A stretch of 63,756 bases of DNA, filler included, from Octopus bimaculoides (GCF_001194135.2; 4 parts of 4 records of this genome joined end to end with filler, not necessarily neighbours in it); one strand, 5' to 3'. Shown: positions 12,555 through 22,989, numbered from the whole stretch's first letter. The notes: generated by a model from the sequence alone, not told the origin. Program-made: numbers and translations.

Positions 12555-13134
12555 TTACAAACTAACCAAACATATATTGATGAAGTACCTGGGTTGGTAG
12601 ACTTCCCAGATGTCACTCATCTATCAGTGATAGTGGCCGGTAGAAAGATGTCACATTTGTGGATCTGTGACTCACTTAAAGGCTTTCTGTCCTCAAACAA
12701 AGTAAACAAACCACCCACTACTGCCAACACCACAAACACAAAATGAAGTGGAAGTGCTAAGGACTCCCTTACCCTTACCCAAACCAAGACAGTGAAGGAG
12801 TTTACTCCTGGCACCCACGAAAAAGCAGGTTTCTGATTGCCCTGCTCCCCAAACCAACAACAACAGCAATGATATGGAGAAAGAAGGGCAGGTCAAAACA
12901 TGGACCACTGTTACAAAAGGGGGAAGGTGAAGAAGAGGAGTAGGGTACATAGCTCTACACTTAGAACACAGCAAAAACAAGCACAAAAACCAAACGGCAG
13001 CCCAATTCACAACCACTCGAACAACAGCAAAAACCAAACGGCAGCCCAATTCACAACCACTCCAACAACAGCAAAAACCAAACGGCAGCCCAATTCACAA
13101 CCACTCCAACAACAGCAAAAACAACATCATCAAC
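12555..13134 (+). pseudogene. L1/Tx1-type ORF1 fragment with CCHC zinc knuckle
   Basis: DEVPGLVDFPDVTHLSVIVAGRK, then frameshift to CHICGSVTHLKAFCP (CX2CX4HX4C at 12649-12690), then a P/T/Q-rich tail running into a gap. Confidence 0.7.
12982..13121 (+). repeat. 44-bp tandem repeat, ~3.2 copies
   Basis: AAAAACCAAACGGCAGCCCAATTCACAACCACTC(G/C)AACAACAGC; CGGCAG recurs at 12995, 13039 and 13083. Confidence 0.9.
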
Positions 13135-13489
13135 NNNNNNNNNNNNNNNNNNNNNNNNNNNNNNNNNNNNNNNNNNNNNNNNNNNNNNNNNNNNNNNNNN
13201 NNNNNNNNNNNNNNNNNNNNNNNNNNNNNNNNNNNNNNNNNNNNNNNNNNNNNNNNNNNNNNNNNNNNNNNNNNNNNNNNNNNNNNNNNNNNNNNNNNNN
13301 NNNNNNNNNNNNNNNNNNNNNNNNNNNNNNNNNNNNNNNNNNNNNNNNNNNNNNNNNNNNNNNNNNNNNNNNNNNNNNNNNNNNNNNNNNNNNNNNNNNN
13401 NNNNNNNNNNNNNNNNNNNNNNNNNNNNNNNNNNNNNNNNNNNNNNNNNNNNNNNNNNNNNNNNNNNNNNNNATATATATATATATATA

Positions 13490-13628
13490 CGCATTATCAG
13501 TTTCTGTGTTCTAAATCCACTCCCAAGCCTGTAGTAGAAGACACTTGCCCAGAATGTCACAGAGTAGGATCAGACCTAAAATAATGACGTGGGAAACAAA
13601 CATGTTAACTACACAACCATACCTCTGC
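13490..13628 (-). mobile_element. SINE family B 5' head
   Basis: AAATCCACTC...TAGTAGAAGACACTTGCCC...ACTACACAACCATACC; homologous to 16480 and 31325. Confidence 0.65.
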
Positions 13629-13956
13629 TTGTATATATTTTATCTGTGTTTATATGTTAACAGGTGTACATGTTTATATATGTTCTCACAAAAGGAGCTA
13701 ATCTTAACTTGAAATGATGAAATGAAGTAATTCTTTTCCTCATTAATTTCAAACTGACACCATAAGGGGATAGATAAAAGATTAGGATTAGGTCATCAAA
13801 TTTTATCTCAAACATTCATTGATATCCTATCAATACTGTTCTCTCTTACCAAATGTTTTGTTTAAAATGCTAACATAATGTGCTTATATGGGGAAAAAAT
13901 AGAAAAGAATTGAAACGTGTTCTTCTGAATCTACCAGCAGTGTTCAGCCCATTATA

Positions 13957-15167
13957 CAAAATGGTATCAAAAAGTTCTTGGACTAGTTATGTTTAAGAAA
14001 AAATAAGTTACAAACCTAAGTTTTTAACATCATCACCTTTGAAATAGTCACCTTGTGCAGCAGTACACCAGTCCCAGCATTCCTGTCACTATTGGAATCT
14101 GGCCTGGAAGTTGTTTGCTGTAAGTGAGTCAAGGACCTTCTGTGATTCAATCTGGATTTTGAAAACGGCATTAAAACAGTGACCTTTCTGGTGAATAGGG
14201 TGGGTGTGGAAGTGATGTCATGTTTTTGGCAAGAAACTCATGAGTGAGGAGAGCTCAGTGACAGGGCGCATTGTCATCGTGAAGAATTCAATTCTTCACA
14301 CTGCACAGATCCAGTTACTTTTGCTGAATGTATTCCCTCAAATGCTTCAAAATGTCATAGCAAAAATTTTGATTGATGATCTGCACCTGGGGGACAATTT
14401 CTATGGATGTAGAAAAATGATGAGCATGCTCTTGATTGAGCTGCAGCTCTGTTGTGCCTTCTTCTGTCATGGAGATGAAGGGTCCTTCCATTGTGATGAC
14501 TGCTACTTCGTCTCAGAGTTGTACCCATAGATTCAACTCTTGATACCTCAGCATGAAGGATGGGTCATCAGAAGTACACTGACAAAGATCTTGACAGACT
14601 TCAACAAGGTGCTCAGTGGTCAGCAGGTTGGGGACAAACTTGGCAAGGACATGCTGCATATTCAGTCACCTGCATGGACCCATACAACAGACCAACAACA
14701 ACATCAGCAATGTCATTGATTTTCCCCTGATGATCCTCATGAACAAGCTGATGAATTTTCAAGGGTGATGCTCATGGCAGGTCTTCCAGATTGCTCATTG
14801 TCTTCCAGGAATGTTCTTCCACTTTTGAAGTGCTCATACCACTTGAAGCATTGTGTACAACCTGTTGCCTCATCACTGTAAACTTGCCAAAGTATGCTCA
14901 ATGTCTCTGTAGCAGACTTCACAAGTTTAATACAAAATTTCGTGTTGGCTCTTTGTTCCAACTTCCTGTCCATAACAAAATCACAGACTACAGCATACAC
15001 ATGATCACAAAAACACAAATTTCACAACTTGTGAAGTAAGCACAGTGATGTCACTCAGCACACTGTTTCATGAGGGTTACTGCTAGCTCTCACTGCACAC
15101 ACAACCATGTACTGCTATCTGCTGGTGCACTACAGAACTAGTCTGGGAACTTTTTGATACCACCTCA
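13957..15167 (-). mobile_element. Mariner (DD34D) transposon, defective, TA-flanked
   Basis: 32-bp TIRs at 13957-13988 and 15136-15167 (25/32 identical) with TA flanks. Minus strand reads MDRKLEQRANTKFC...KWYEHFKSGR..EDNEQSGRP and LHDDNAPCH. Confidence 0.9.
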
Positions 15168-15288
15168 TATATCATCTTCTGAGTATCATTACTCATCTCC
15201 TTACTGTCTTACTACTTTAATCTATTATCACTTTTATGCTAAAACTACAGCCCTCTTAAAATCCTTCCTTGTCTGCATTTTCCTACAA

Positions 15289-15440
15289 GGTAGTGAATTA
15301 GCATATTTGTTAGAGTATATGCTAAAAGGCCCTTGTGGTGTTTATGATGGATCTCTGCTACAACTGAATGCAAATTCTATGAGGTCAACTTTGCCTTTCA
15401 TCCTTCCAGTAGGGTTGATAGATAAAGTATCATTTAAGGA
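15289..15440 (+). mobile_element. SINE family A, degenerate
   Basis: GGTAGTGAATTAGCA...GAGGTCAACTTTGCCTTTCATCC. Confidence 0.6.
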
Positions 15441-15471
15441 CTGAGATTGATTCTGTTTTCTCTTATAGGTA

Positions 15472-15625
15472 GGCACAGATATAGCTGTGTGGTTAAGAAG
15501 TTTACTTCCTAACTATGTGGTTTCAGGTTCAGTTCCATTGGACATGTGTCTTCTATTAAAGCCTTGATTTGACTGAATTTTTGTGAATAGATTTTGTAGA
15601 TGGAAACTGAAATAAGTCCATATGT
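15472..15625 (+). mobile_element. SINE family B 5' head
   Basis: GCTGTGTGGTTAAGAAG...GGTTCAGTTCC...GTGTCTTCTA...GATGGAAACTGAAA. Confidence 0.7.
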
Positions 15626-15769
15626 GTGTGTGTTAGTGTTTCCTTATCTTAACATCACACTGCTGTGTGGAAACTTGAGCAAATGATTTCTGCTGTATCT
15701 TGTGAAAGGAATTTGATATATAGAAATAGACCAGAAGCCAATTGTGTGTGTGTCTCGGTATGTTTGTGT

Positions 15770-15885
15770 ACGTTCTCTTCTGTTTTTGAATATTTAAATT
15801 CTTCCTGTGAAGAAGGAGCTGATTTCTAACAAAGAATCAAAGCTCCATCATTTGAATGTAGACAACGAAGACAATGTCACATTTT
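15770..15885 (-). repeat. Solo copy of the R4/Dong-like 3' UTR stem-loop module
   Basis: Reverse complement TTCAAATGATGGAGCTTTGATTCTTTGTTAGAAATCAGCTCC aligns with TTCCAATGAAGGAGCCTTGAATCTAGGTTAGAAACCGGCTC (~26477-26517). Confidence 0.6.
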
Positions 15886-16164
15886 AAACCTGAGAATAGC
15901 CTTGCATAGTTTTACTCTTCTGCTTACAGATTGTATTTGTAATTTGCAGGTGAGTTGGTTGGACAGTGTGTGTGTGTGTGTGTGTGTATGCATAATTATT
16001 TCTCAAAATACATAAACAATCCATCTTTAAGCCAAGATTCTATTTAGTGTGCACAATGGTCATAGTTCAGTGATATATAACTTTATATGATATAGACATA
16101 GCTGATGAAAGCCTAAAACATATATTAAGATACAAAAAATATTTTTCAATATCTATATATATCC

Positions 16165-16395
16165 TCATCATCATCATTTTATTGTCCTCTTTTCCATGCT
16201 CATACGGGTTGGACAAAATATGTTGAGGCAGATTTTCTGTAGTTGAATCCCAATTCTATCACCAACCCTACCTATTTCCAAGTAAGATAAAAATTTCCCT
16301 TTGGCCAGACATGTTTTCATGAAAGATTGGAAATAAAGGACACTGTTTGCATGATGGTGATCCTCTTATAACTATTATGTAATATCAAGTGAAGG
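16165..16395 (-). mobile_element. RTE-tailed SINE fragment
   Basis: (CAT)n...TTTTCCATGCT...GGGTTGGAC...ACCAACCC; shares the RTE 3' tail seen at 395 and 10075. Confidence 0.6.
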
Positions 16396-16429
16396 AGACA
16401 CTAACATACATATACATGCATGCGCGCGT

Positions 16430-16479
<50 letters not shown>

Positions 16480-16482
<3 letters not shown>

Positions 16483-16642
16483 ATGAGCTTCTTTCAGTTT
16501 CCAACTACAAAATCCACTTACAAGGCTTTGGTTGGCCTCAGGCTATAGTAGAAGACACTTGCCCAAAGTGCCTTGCAGTGGAACTGAACATGAAACCATG
16601 TAGTTGGGAAGCAAACTTCTCGACCACACAGCTGTTGCCTGT
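16480..16642 (-). mobile_element. SINE family B 5' head
   Basis: CTTCTTTCAGTTTCC...AAATCCACTTACAAGGCTTTGGTTGGCC...TAGTAGAAGACACTTGCCCAA...ACCACACAGC; adjacent to (CA)n. Confidence 0.8.
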
Positions 16643-18269
16643 GTGTGTGTATGTGGATATATGATGGGCTTTTTACTGCTTCACTGTACTAAACTTCATT
16701 CACTCGGCATTGGTCAACCTGCTACTACAGTTTGTGTGTATGTTTTGTGTATATAGTTATATGTATATATATGTGTATGAATATACTTACATGTATAGTC
16801 TGACCCATACTAGCTTGGAATATGGATGCTAAATGCTGCTGCTGATATATGTGTGTGTGTATGTATGTTTAATTATGTATCTAGGTATATATAAATATGT
16901 TTAAAGGCTGGTATTTTCTATTGTAGCTGAAGTTGACTAAAACCTTGTGAATGAAATTTTGTTTTAGAGAAACAGTACAAAGCTCATCACATATGTAGGC
17001 ATATACATGCACATTCACACTCTCTCACACAAACACACACACACACACCAATATTTATACAATTCAATTGATTTTAACAACTGGTTTCACACACACATGA
17101 GAGTTAGAAGAAAGGCCAGTCCTGATACTCCCAGTGAGAGCCATTACCATATTTTCATACCAACCATTCTGGTAAGCACTGGGATTAGCTTTTTTTCTAC
17201 AATAATTTTCATGTGCGAAACCAATTTGTAAAACCATCTGAAATGGATGCATATATTACTGTATCGTATGAATATGAATAAACCCACTCTGTTGACAAAT
17301 ATATGAGTACCTGCTTTTTTCTGATTTATGGATTCTGAGATGCTCCCCTCCCCCTCTCTCACATTTTATCTGAAGCTTGCCAGTAAGCTTAGCAGAATTG
17401 CTGAGCCTGCTAGAAATAGCAACCAGATCTTTCAAATTGCATGTTAGTGTCTTAAGGAAGGATACAGTGGATAAACAAGTCCTTGATATGTCACTACTGG
17501 AATACTGAGCATTTTCAGTCAGGAATGACTTAGGATTAAACAACAATCACTAAAAATTGTTTCAACAACAACTACATTTGTGTGTTTTGACTAATCCATT
17601 TAAGTTATTTTCTCTGTATATGTTCAAGGTAAACTTTATCTGAAAGTGTGCCATGCATTCCTTTTCTTTTTATAAGTGTTGCTTGTTTATAGGAAATACA
17701 TAAACCGTCTTGTTATCTAATGTAGTGATAAAACAATTGCAAGACCTTGATGGTAACAGCTGGTTGAATCATGTATGTAACAACTTAATAACAATGTACA
17801 CAGCTACACACACACACACACTCATGCACACACGTTTTTTTGAAGATGGTAGGCTAACAACATTCTTGTATGTGAATAATAAATTTGTACTCTACATAAG
17901 TATAGAGTAACCCATTGGATTAATGTAAAACTGTTTTTATTATAACTGAAAATAAAGACGAATATCCATCCATTTATCTATTTGTGTATATATATGTGTA
18001 TATATATATGTAAGTAATTATTTGAACTTTGGGTATACAGTTAATAGTATGCCGATTAAAGCACTTTCACTGTTTAGGCTATCTAATGTTATCCATCAGG
18101 TGTCTCATTAGGTGTCTAGTTTTAAAGAAGATACCTTGCTAAATATATTTACTTTCACTTGGTTATAATGACAGGGGATGGATACAATTTCTGAGTTATA
18201 ACCAGTTAATAGGTCTGGCTATAGTTCATAGTGGCAAGTATGTGGGTGAACATGTGTGTGTTTCAAGCG

Positions 18270-18627
18270 AGGGTGGTTTAGTATAAACATATAGGCGAAT
18301 GTACGGACTGGTGCGATTACGCGAACACTCTAGACTTTTCTACTCCCTTACCTTTATCCCCTCCCCTTACTTAGCGGTCTATAGCTCTTTTGTCTTAATA
18401 ACGGTCAACCACACAGTAATTTCCCTTTGTTTAACGGTCATTTTTCACAGGAATTTTTAATGGCCGGATAACTGAAGAGATGTTGGCATGGGTTCCCACC
18501 CCGGCATCCGAAACTCAGAGTTTTATCATGGCTACCAAATAAGTGTCACATATTTTTACAGATAAATTCCTCTATTTACATAATATCGAGGTCTCTTTCT
18601 TTTGTTGTCCTTTCTATCAATATATAT
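18270..18627 (+). mobile_element. Penelope-like pLTR (terminal repeat) carrying a hammerhead
   Basis: CpG-retaining segment in a CpG-poor region; contains a type I HHR; its 3' part recurs at 28296-28390. Confidence 0.55.
18467..18527 (+). ncRNA. Type I hammerhead ribozyme motif
   Basis: GATAA-CTGAAGA-GATGTTGG[loop]CCGGCATC-C-GAAA-CTC-A-GAG-T-T-TTATC. Stem I GATAA/TTATC is perfect, stem II is 8 bp with two G-U pairs, stem III is CTC/GAG with a 1-nt loop; one extra C precedes GAAA. Confidence 0.7.
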
Positions 18628-18724
18628 NNNNNNNNNNNNNNNNNNNNNNNNNNNNNNNNNNNNNNNNNNNNNNNNNNNNNNNNNNNNNNNNNNNNNNNNN
18701 NNNNNNNNNNNNNNNNNNNNNNNN

Positions 18725-18812
18725 AATATTTCAGGGTTATGACCCCATTTTCAAAAAATTAACGAATGTTGCCATTAATTTCTTGAAAATGGGGTCATAA
18801 CCCTGAAATATT
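18725..18812. repeat. Perfect 30-bp inverted repeat (hairpin) at a gap edge
   Basis: AATATTTCAGGGTTATGACCCCATTTTCAA (18725-18754) and its exact reverse complement (18783-18812). Confidence 0.9.
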
Positions 18813-19249
18813 GAATGCAAGGTAAGTCTACATTAATTCATATATTTGTTTCTTGTGATTTACCTTGCATTTACTTCACATTGTTCTGGCCTTACCCATG
18901 ATCCTTTATACAATATATTCTACACTATGCTTCATAGTAATTATTATATACCCAGATCCACACTACTAGCTTAGAAGTAAAATTTAGGATTTCTTGGTTT
19001 TCTGCAAATCGATTTTGATATAATTTTTCCTAGCTGTTATGTTTTCATTATTCTGTGTAATATCCTTCCTTTTTTATTTCAGATTCTTCAGTTCTTGGGT
19101 GAATCACACTAATAGCTTTTGAATGAAAATAGCCCATCTAGACATTTTTTTTCAGAAAATGAAGGGTAATGATACATATTAAGCATACATGAGTATATAT
19201 TTAACTGAAAACCACAATAATATTATAACATCTATTAACAGAATGAATT

Positions 19250-19965
19250 TTTTAGCCACTTGAGTGCCATTTCGATGGATAACTTCAAAAACCCTATTAG
19301 TCATGGACTGCCTCTGCTGCAGCTTTGATGGTTGCCCATAAGATATCTTTCAACATAAATTGGCATCCATCGGCAAAAAACATCTTGTTTAATGATGGAC
19401 CAAAGATTTCTGATAGGGTTGAGATCCTGAGTTGCCGGTGGCTAAACTATCAACCTTTCACCTTGTATGCCATAAGATCCTAGTAGTGTTTAGGTAGTCC
19501 TAGCAGAGTGGGAGGGAGCATTGTCATACATGAATATGAAATTCCTTAGAAGTGATAGGGTATGTCATCTAGCCAGGAATCCAAGACATCCTTCAGGAGA
19601 ATGCAGTTGGCGGCTGCTGTCACTTTAACCTCTTCAGGCACCCTTACTGGGCCAACAAGTCTGTCCCCAATGATGCCAGCCCAGAACATGACTCCTCCAC
19701 CCTGTTGTTGACGTAAATGTTGGTGACACTCATCTCCAAAATAGACCCAACCATTTGCCTGACCATCAAGTCCATCAAGAGTCGCCCTGGTTTTCTCAGT
19801 GAAAAGAACACAACTCAAATCTAACATCATATACTTTTGGGCCCACTGAAGCCTCAAACTCCTGTGATGGGGCAGTTTCAGGGGTTCTCACACAGAAGCC
19901 ATGGTCCTGAGGATGCGATTTTTGGTGGTTTTCGGTACATGAGGAAGTCTGGAGGCAGTGAAAAT
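19250..19965 (-). pseudogene. Tc1-like DD37E (TRT-type) transposase remnant
   Basis: VLFTEKTRATLDGLDG...RQQQGGGVMFWAGIIGD..VGP.RVPE; FMYDNAPSHSA; 37 residues later *PPATQDLNPI(R)NLWSIIKQD. Confidence 0.8.
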
Positions 19966-20085
19966 GGCTTTGGTCAGCTCAACACTATAGTAGAAGACAC
20001 TTTGCCAAGTTGACACGCAGTTGGATTGAACCCAGAACCATGTGGTTGGGATGCAAACTTCTTACCACACAGCCACAACTGTATC
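19966..20085 (-). mobile_element. SINE family B 5' head
   Basis: TAGTAGAAGACACTTTGCCAA...GAACCCAGAACCATGTGGTTGGG...TTACCACACAGCCAC; adjoins the Tc1 remnant. Confidence 0.8.
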
Positions 20086-20094
20086 TATATATGC

Positions 20095-20300
20095 TGTTCG
20101 AATTTATAGAAAAGAAAAGATGAAGACAGGTGAAGGAACAACAAGCAGGTGTATTATTAGTTTGACACTCAGGAAGAATGGAAAAGTCTTTGATGTTTCA
20201 AGCCTAAGCTCTTCAATAGATAGGACTGAGGGGAGAAAAATGGAGAGAGAATGGAAGAGAAAAAAAATGAGAAAAGATGTGTAGGGATTAATGGTTCAAC
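20095..20300 (-). mobile_element. PLE-type terminal repeat fragment with decayed hammerhead
   Basis: Minus strand 20224-20187: CCTAT-CTATTGA-A-GAGC-TTAG-GCTT-GAAA-CA-T-C-AAAGA; core deviations are partly consistent with CpG decay. Confidence 0.4.
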
Positions 20301-20449
20301 ATGATAAAATGATGTATATATATTTAAAGTCTCAATAATATGAACTTTATAATTTGGCTCTGCTCAATATTGAGTCGCCCCTTTAGTAAATGTTCTTTTA
20401 TTCTCAAACTTGCTTTAAAATAATTTAATTCTTTGTAATTGTTGGTATA

Positions 20450-20588
20450 AGGCCAGCAGTTTTGAGAGGAAGGTGAAGCCAGTTACATCGACCCCAGTGC
20501 TCAGCTGGTACTTATTTTATTGACCCCCCCCCACCCCAAAAGTTTGGAAGGCAAAGTTGACTTCTGTGGCTTTTGAACTCAGAACATA
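20450..20588 (-). mobile_element. SINE family A 3' part
   Basis: TTACATCGACCCCAGTG...CTGGTACTTATTTTATTGACCCC...GAAGGCAAAGTTGAC...TTTGAACTCAGAAC. Confidence 0.7.
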
Positions 20589-20641
20589 CACACACATACA
20601 TACTTGCACCACACATATGAAGTAATGTACGATGAAAGAAC

Positions 20642-20952
20642 GGGAGTTATGTAATCACTTTCAGTGTGTAACCACTTTCATTATGTAACAGGAATTATGC
20701 AATCACTACGTCATCAAAGTTATACAATCACCAACATTATACAATCGCTTCCGTTACATAGCAGGAGTTATGCAATCACTCATTGCGAAATCGCTTTCAT
20801 TAATAACATAATTGCATGATTACTTTCATTGCACAATCACTTCCCCTACATAACAGGGGTTCCGTAATCACTTCCATTACGTAACAGGGGATACATAATT
20901 ACTTTCATTGCACAATCACTTTCATTATGTAACAGGAGTTATGTAATCACTT
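20642..20952 (+). repeat. Degenerate minisatellite of mixed ~17- and ~31-nt units
   Basis: AATCACTT(T/C)C motif recurs about 13 times; unit types AATCACTTTCATTGCAC and AATCACTTTCATTATGTAACAGGAGTTATGT. Confidence 0.8.
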
Positions 20953-21185
20953 ACAACTGTTTCTGTTATAAGAAGCATTGCATTCAGAGCTGAGTGTTTG
21001 TGTTACATCTTATTGCTTCCTCAGAATCATTTAAATACCTCCGAGGAAGTTATACAATGTAGCACATGCACTCAATTCAGGGTGCAATGCTTCTTATAGT
21101 AGAAACAGCTGTAAACTAATTAAAGTGATTATATAACTCCTGTTCTTTTATGTCATTCATTAACTGATATTAAACTCTATACTTA

Positions 21186-21400
21186 AGGCAATGAGCTGAC
21201 AGAATCATCAGCACACTGGGTAAAATGCTTAGTGGCATTTTGTCTGTCTTCATGTTCCACGTTCAAATTCTGCCGAGGTTGACTTTGCCTTTCATCCTTT
21301 CAGGGTTGATAAAATAAGTACAAGTTAAACACTGGAGTTCATGTAATTGACTTATACCTCCCTTGAAGTTGCTAGCCTTGTGCCAAAATCTGAAATCAAT
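21186..21400 (+). mobile_element. SINE family A, full length
   Basis: GAGCTGACAGAATC...GTTCAAATTCTGCCGAGGTTGACTTTGCCTTTCATCC...GCCTTGTGCCAAAATCTGAAA. Confidence 0.8.
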
Positions 21401-21476
21401 ATCACCTATTGCTTTAAAGCATAAATATATTTAGCTCTAATAACTGGTTATTGGTATTGCCTTACCTAAATGACTA

Positions 21477-21728
21477 TATATGTGTATGTGTGTATACACA
21501 TATATATGTATACACACATATATGTATACATATAGATGTATGCACATATATATGTATACATACATATGTATACACATATAGATGTATACACATATATATA
21601 TAATGTACATATGTATACACATATGTATGTATGCATGTATGTAATTATGCATACGTATATACATATGTATATATATGCATACATACATATGTATACACAC
21701 ATATATATACATATATACAAATATACAC
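21477..21728. repeat. TA/CATA-rich compound microsatellite
   Basis: Direct sequence. Confidence 0.9.
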
Positions 21729-21734
21729 AAGTTA

Positions 21735-22330
21735 GCAAAATTGTATGTGGTCTAGTGTTATCATGGTGGAACACAATTCCTTTACGATTTGCCAATTCTG
21801 GCTGTTTTTCTTTGATTGCTTCCTCAGTTTCATTAGTTGTTGACAGTAAACATCTGAATTGATCATTTAGTTCCTTGGAAGTAACTCAAAATACACAACA
21901 CTTTTGTAATCCCACAGCATGACCCTTTTTTTTTTGAGGCAATTCAGCTTTCGATGTGGTTTGTGCTGGTTCATTACACTTGAACCATGATCGTTTTCAA
22001 TTGATGTTATTGTAAACAACCCATTTTTCATCACCAGTGATGGTTCATTTCAAAGAAAAGGCTGATTTCATTGTGTTTTAGATATTATGTCAGAAATATT
22101 GATTCGTTGTGTTAAGTGAATCTCTTTCAATTTATGTGGAACCCAAATATCGAATTTCTTAATGAGTCCAAGACGTTTCAAATGATTTTCAATTGCTGTG
22201 TGTGATACATCTAATCACTCTGTAAACTCTCACACAGTTATATGACAATCAGATTTAATTATGGCTTTGATTCGGTCATCATCAACTTCAGTAGGTCGAC
22301 CAGAACGTTGGTCACCTTTGAATGAAATAA
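21735..22330 (-). pseudogene. Mariner (SETMAR/Hsmar1-like) transposase fragment
   Basis: DQRSGRPTEVDDDRIK...IWVPHKL...TGDEKWVVYNN...NSDVYCQQL...RKGIVFHHDNTRPH; frameshifted. Confidence 0.88.
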
Positions 22331-22800
22331 TGACATTGAAAAAATCATAAGATTGACAAAAGTCATTCAAAAGAATTGTAACTCTATTTATGAAAAACGA
22401 AATTACTTTGCTGGCCTTTCTTTTTGGCACGTATTTGGCGCATATGTCTTGTATGGTTGACATAAAATGACTTAGTTTGAAGTCATTGTCTTGTATAGCA
22501 AGGCTGTCATGCCAGTTTTGATTTCGAATCTCTTTGCGAATTGACTTCCATTCCGCCCTGTGAAAATTCAGGTTGGATATGGCTTGAGTCCTCCTGATGG
22601 GGTGGGTGTCAGTGGGTTGTCTAGGACCATACATAGTTAATTCTATAATGTTATGATCTGAGAGAGATGTAGGTGTTACTTTCACATTATGGATTAGGCT
22701 CACATTGTTTGTGAAGCAGAGATCTAAAATATTGCTTCCCCTGGTTGGTTAGAGTATCACTTGTTCCATGAACAGCATGTTGGAGAGTTCTAACAAAGAG
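22331..22800 (-). pseudogene. Non-LTR retrotransposon AP-endonuclease C-terminal fragment
   Basis: NILDLCFTNNVSLIHNVKVTPTSLSDHNIIE...LNFHRAEWKSIR...IQDICAKYVPKRK; carries the APE SDH motif. Confidence 0.8.
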
Positions 22801-22804
22801 TTCT

Positions 22805-22904
22805 NNNNNNNNNNNNNNNNNNNNNNNNNNNNNNNNNNNNNNNNNNNNTTAATTAATTAANNNNNNNNNNNNNNNNNNNNNNNNNNNNNNNNNNNNNNNN
22901 NNNN
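22805..22904. other. Scaffolding spacer (44N-TTAATTAATTAA-44N)
   Basis: The 12-mer has stops in all six frames and sits in the centre of a 100-bp gap; identical construct at 47015-47114 and 60377-60476. Confidence 0.9.
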
Positions 22905-22944
<40 letters not shown>

Positions 22945-22989
22945 CATATCCATGTGTGTGTGGATCATTCTTTGTCTCTGAGTTTGTAA

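Noticed and set aside
17361-17530. Minus-strand coding exon (ORF 17256..17546)
   Set aside because: The core CTGCTAGAAATAGCAACC...GGATA...GTCCTTGATA matches the dispersed SINE family D seen at 41762 and 44490.
20642-20952. CRISPR-like array
   Set aside because: Eukaryotic context, degenerate repeats, spacers homologous to each other and no cas genes; this is a minisatellite.
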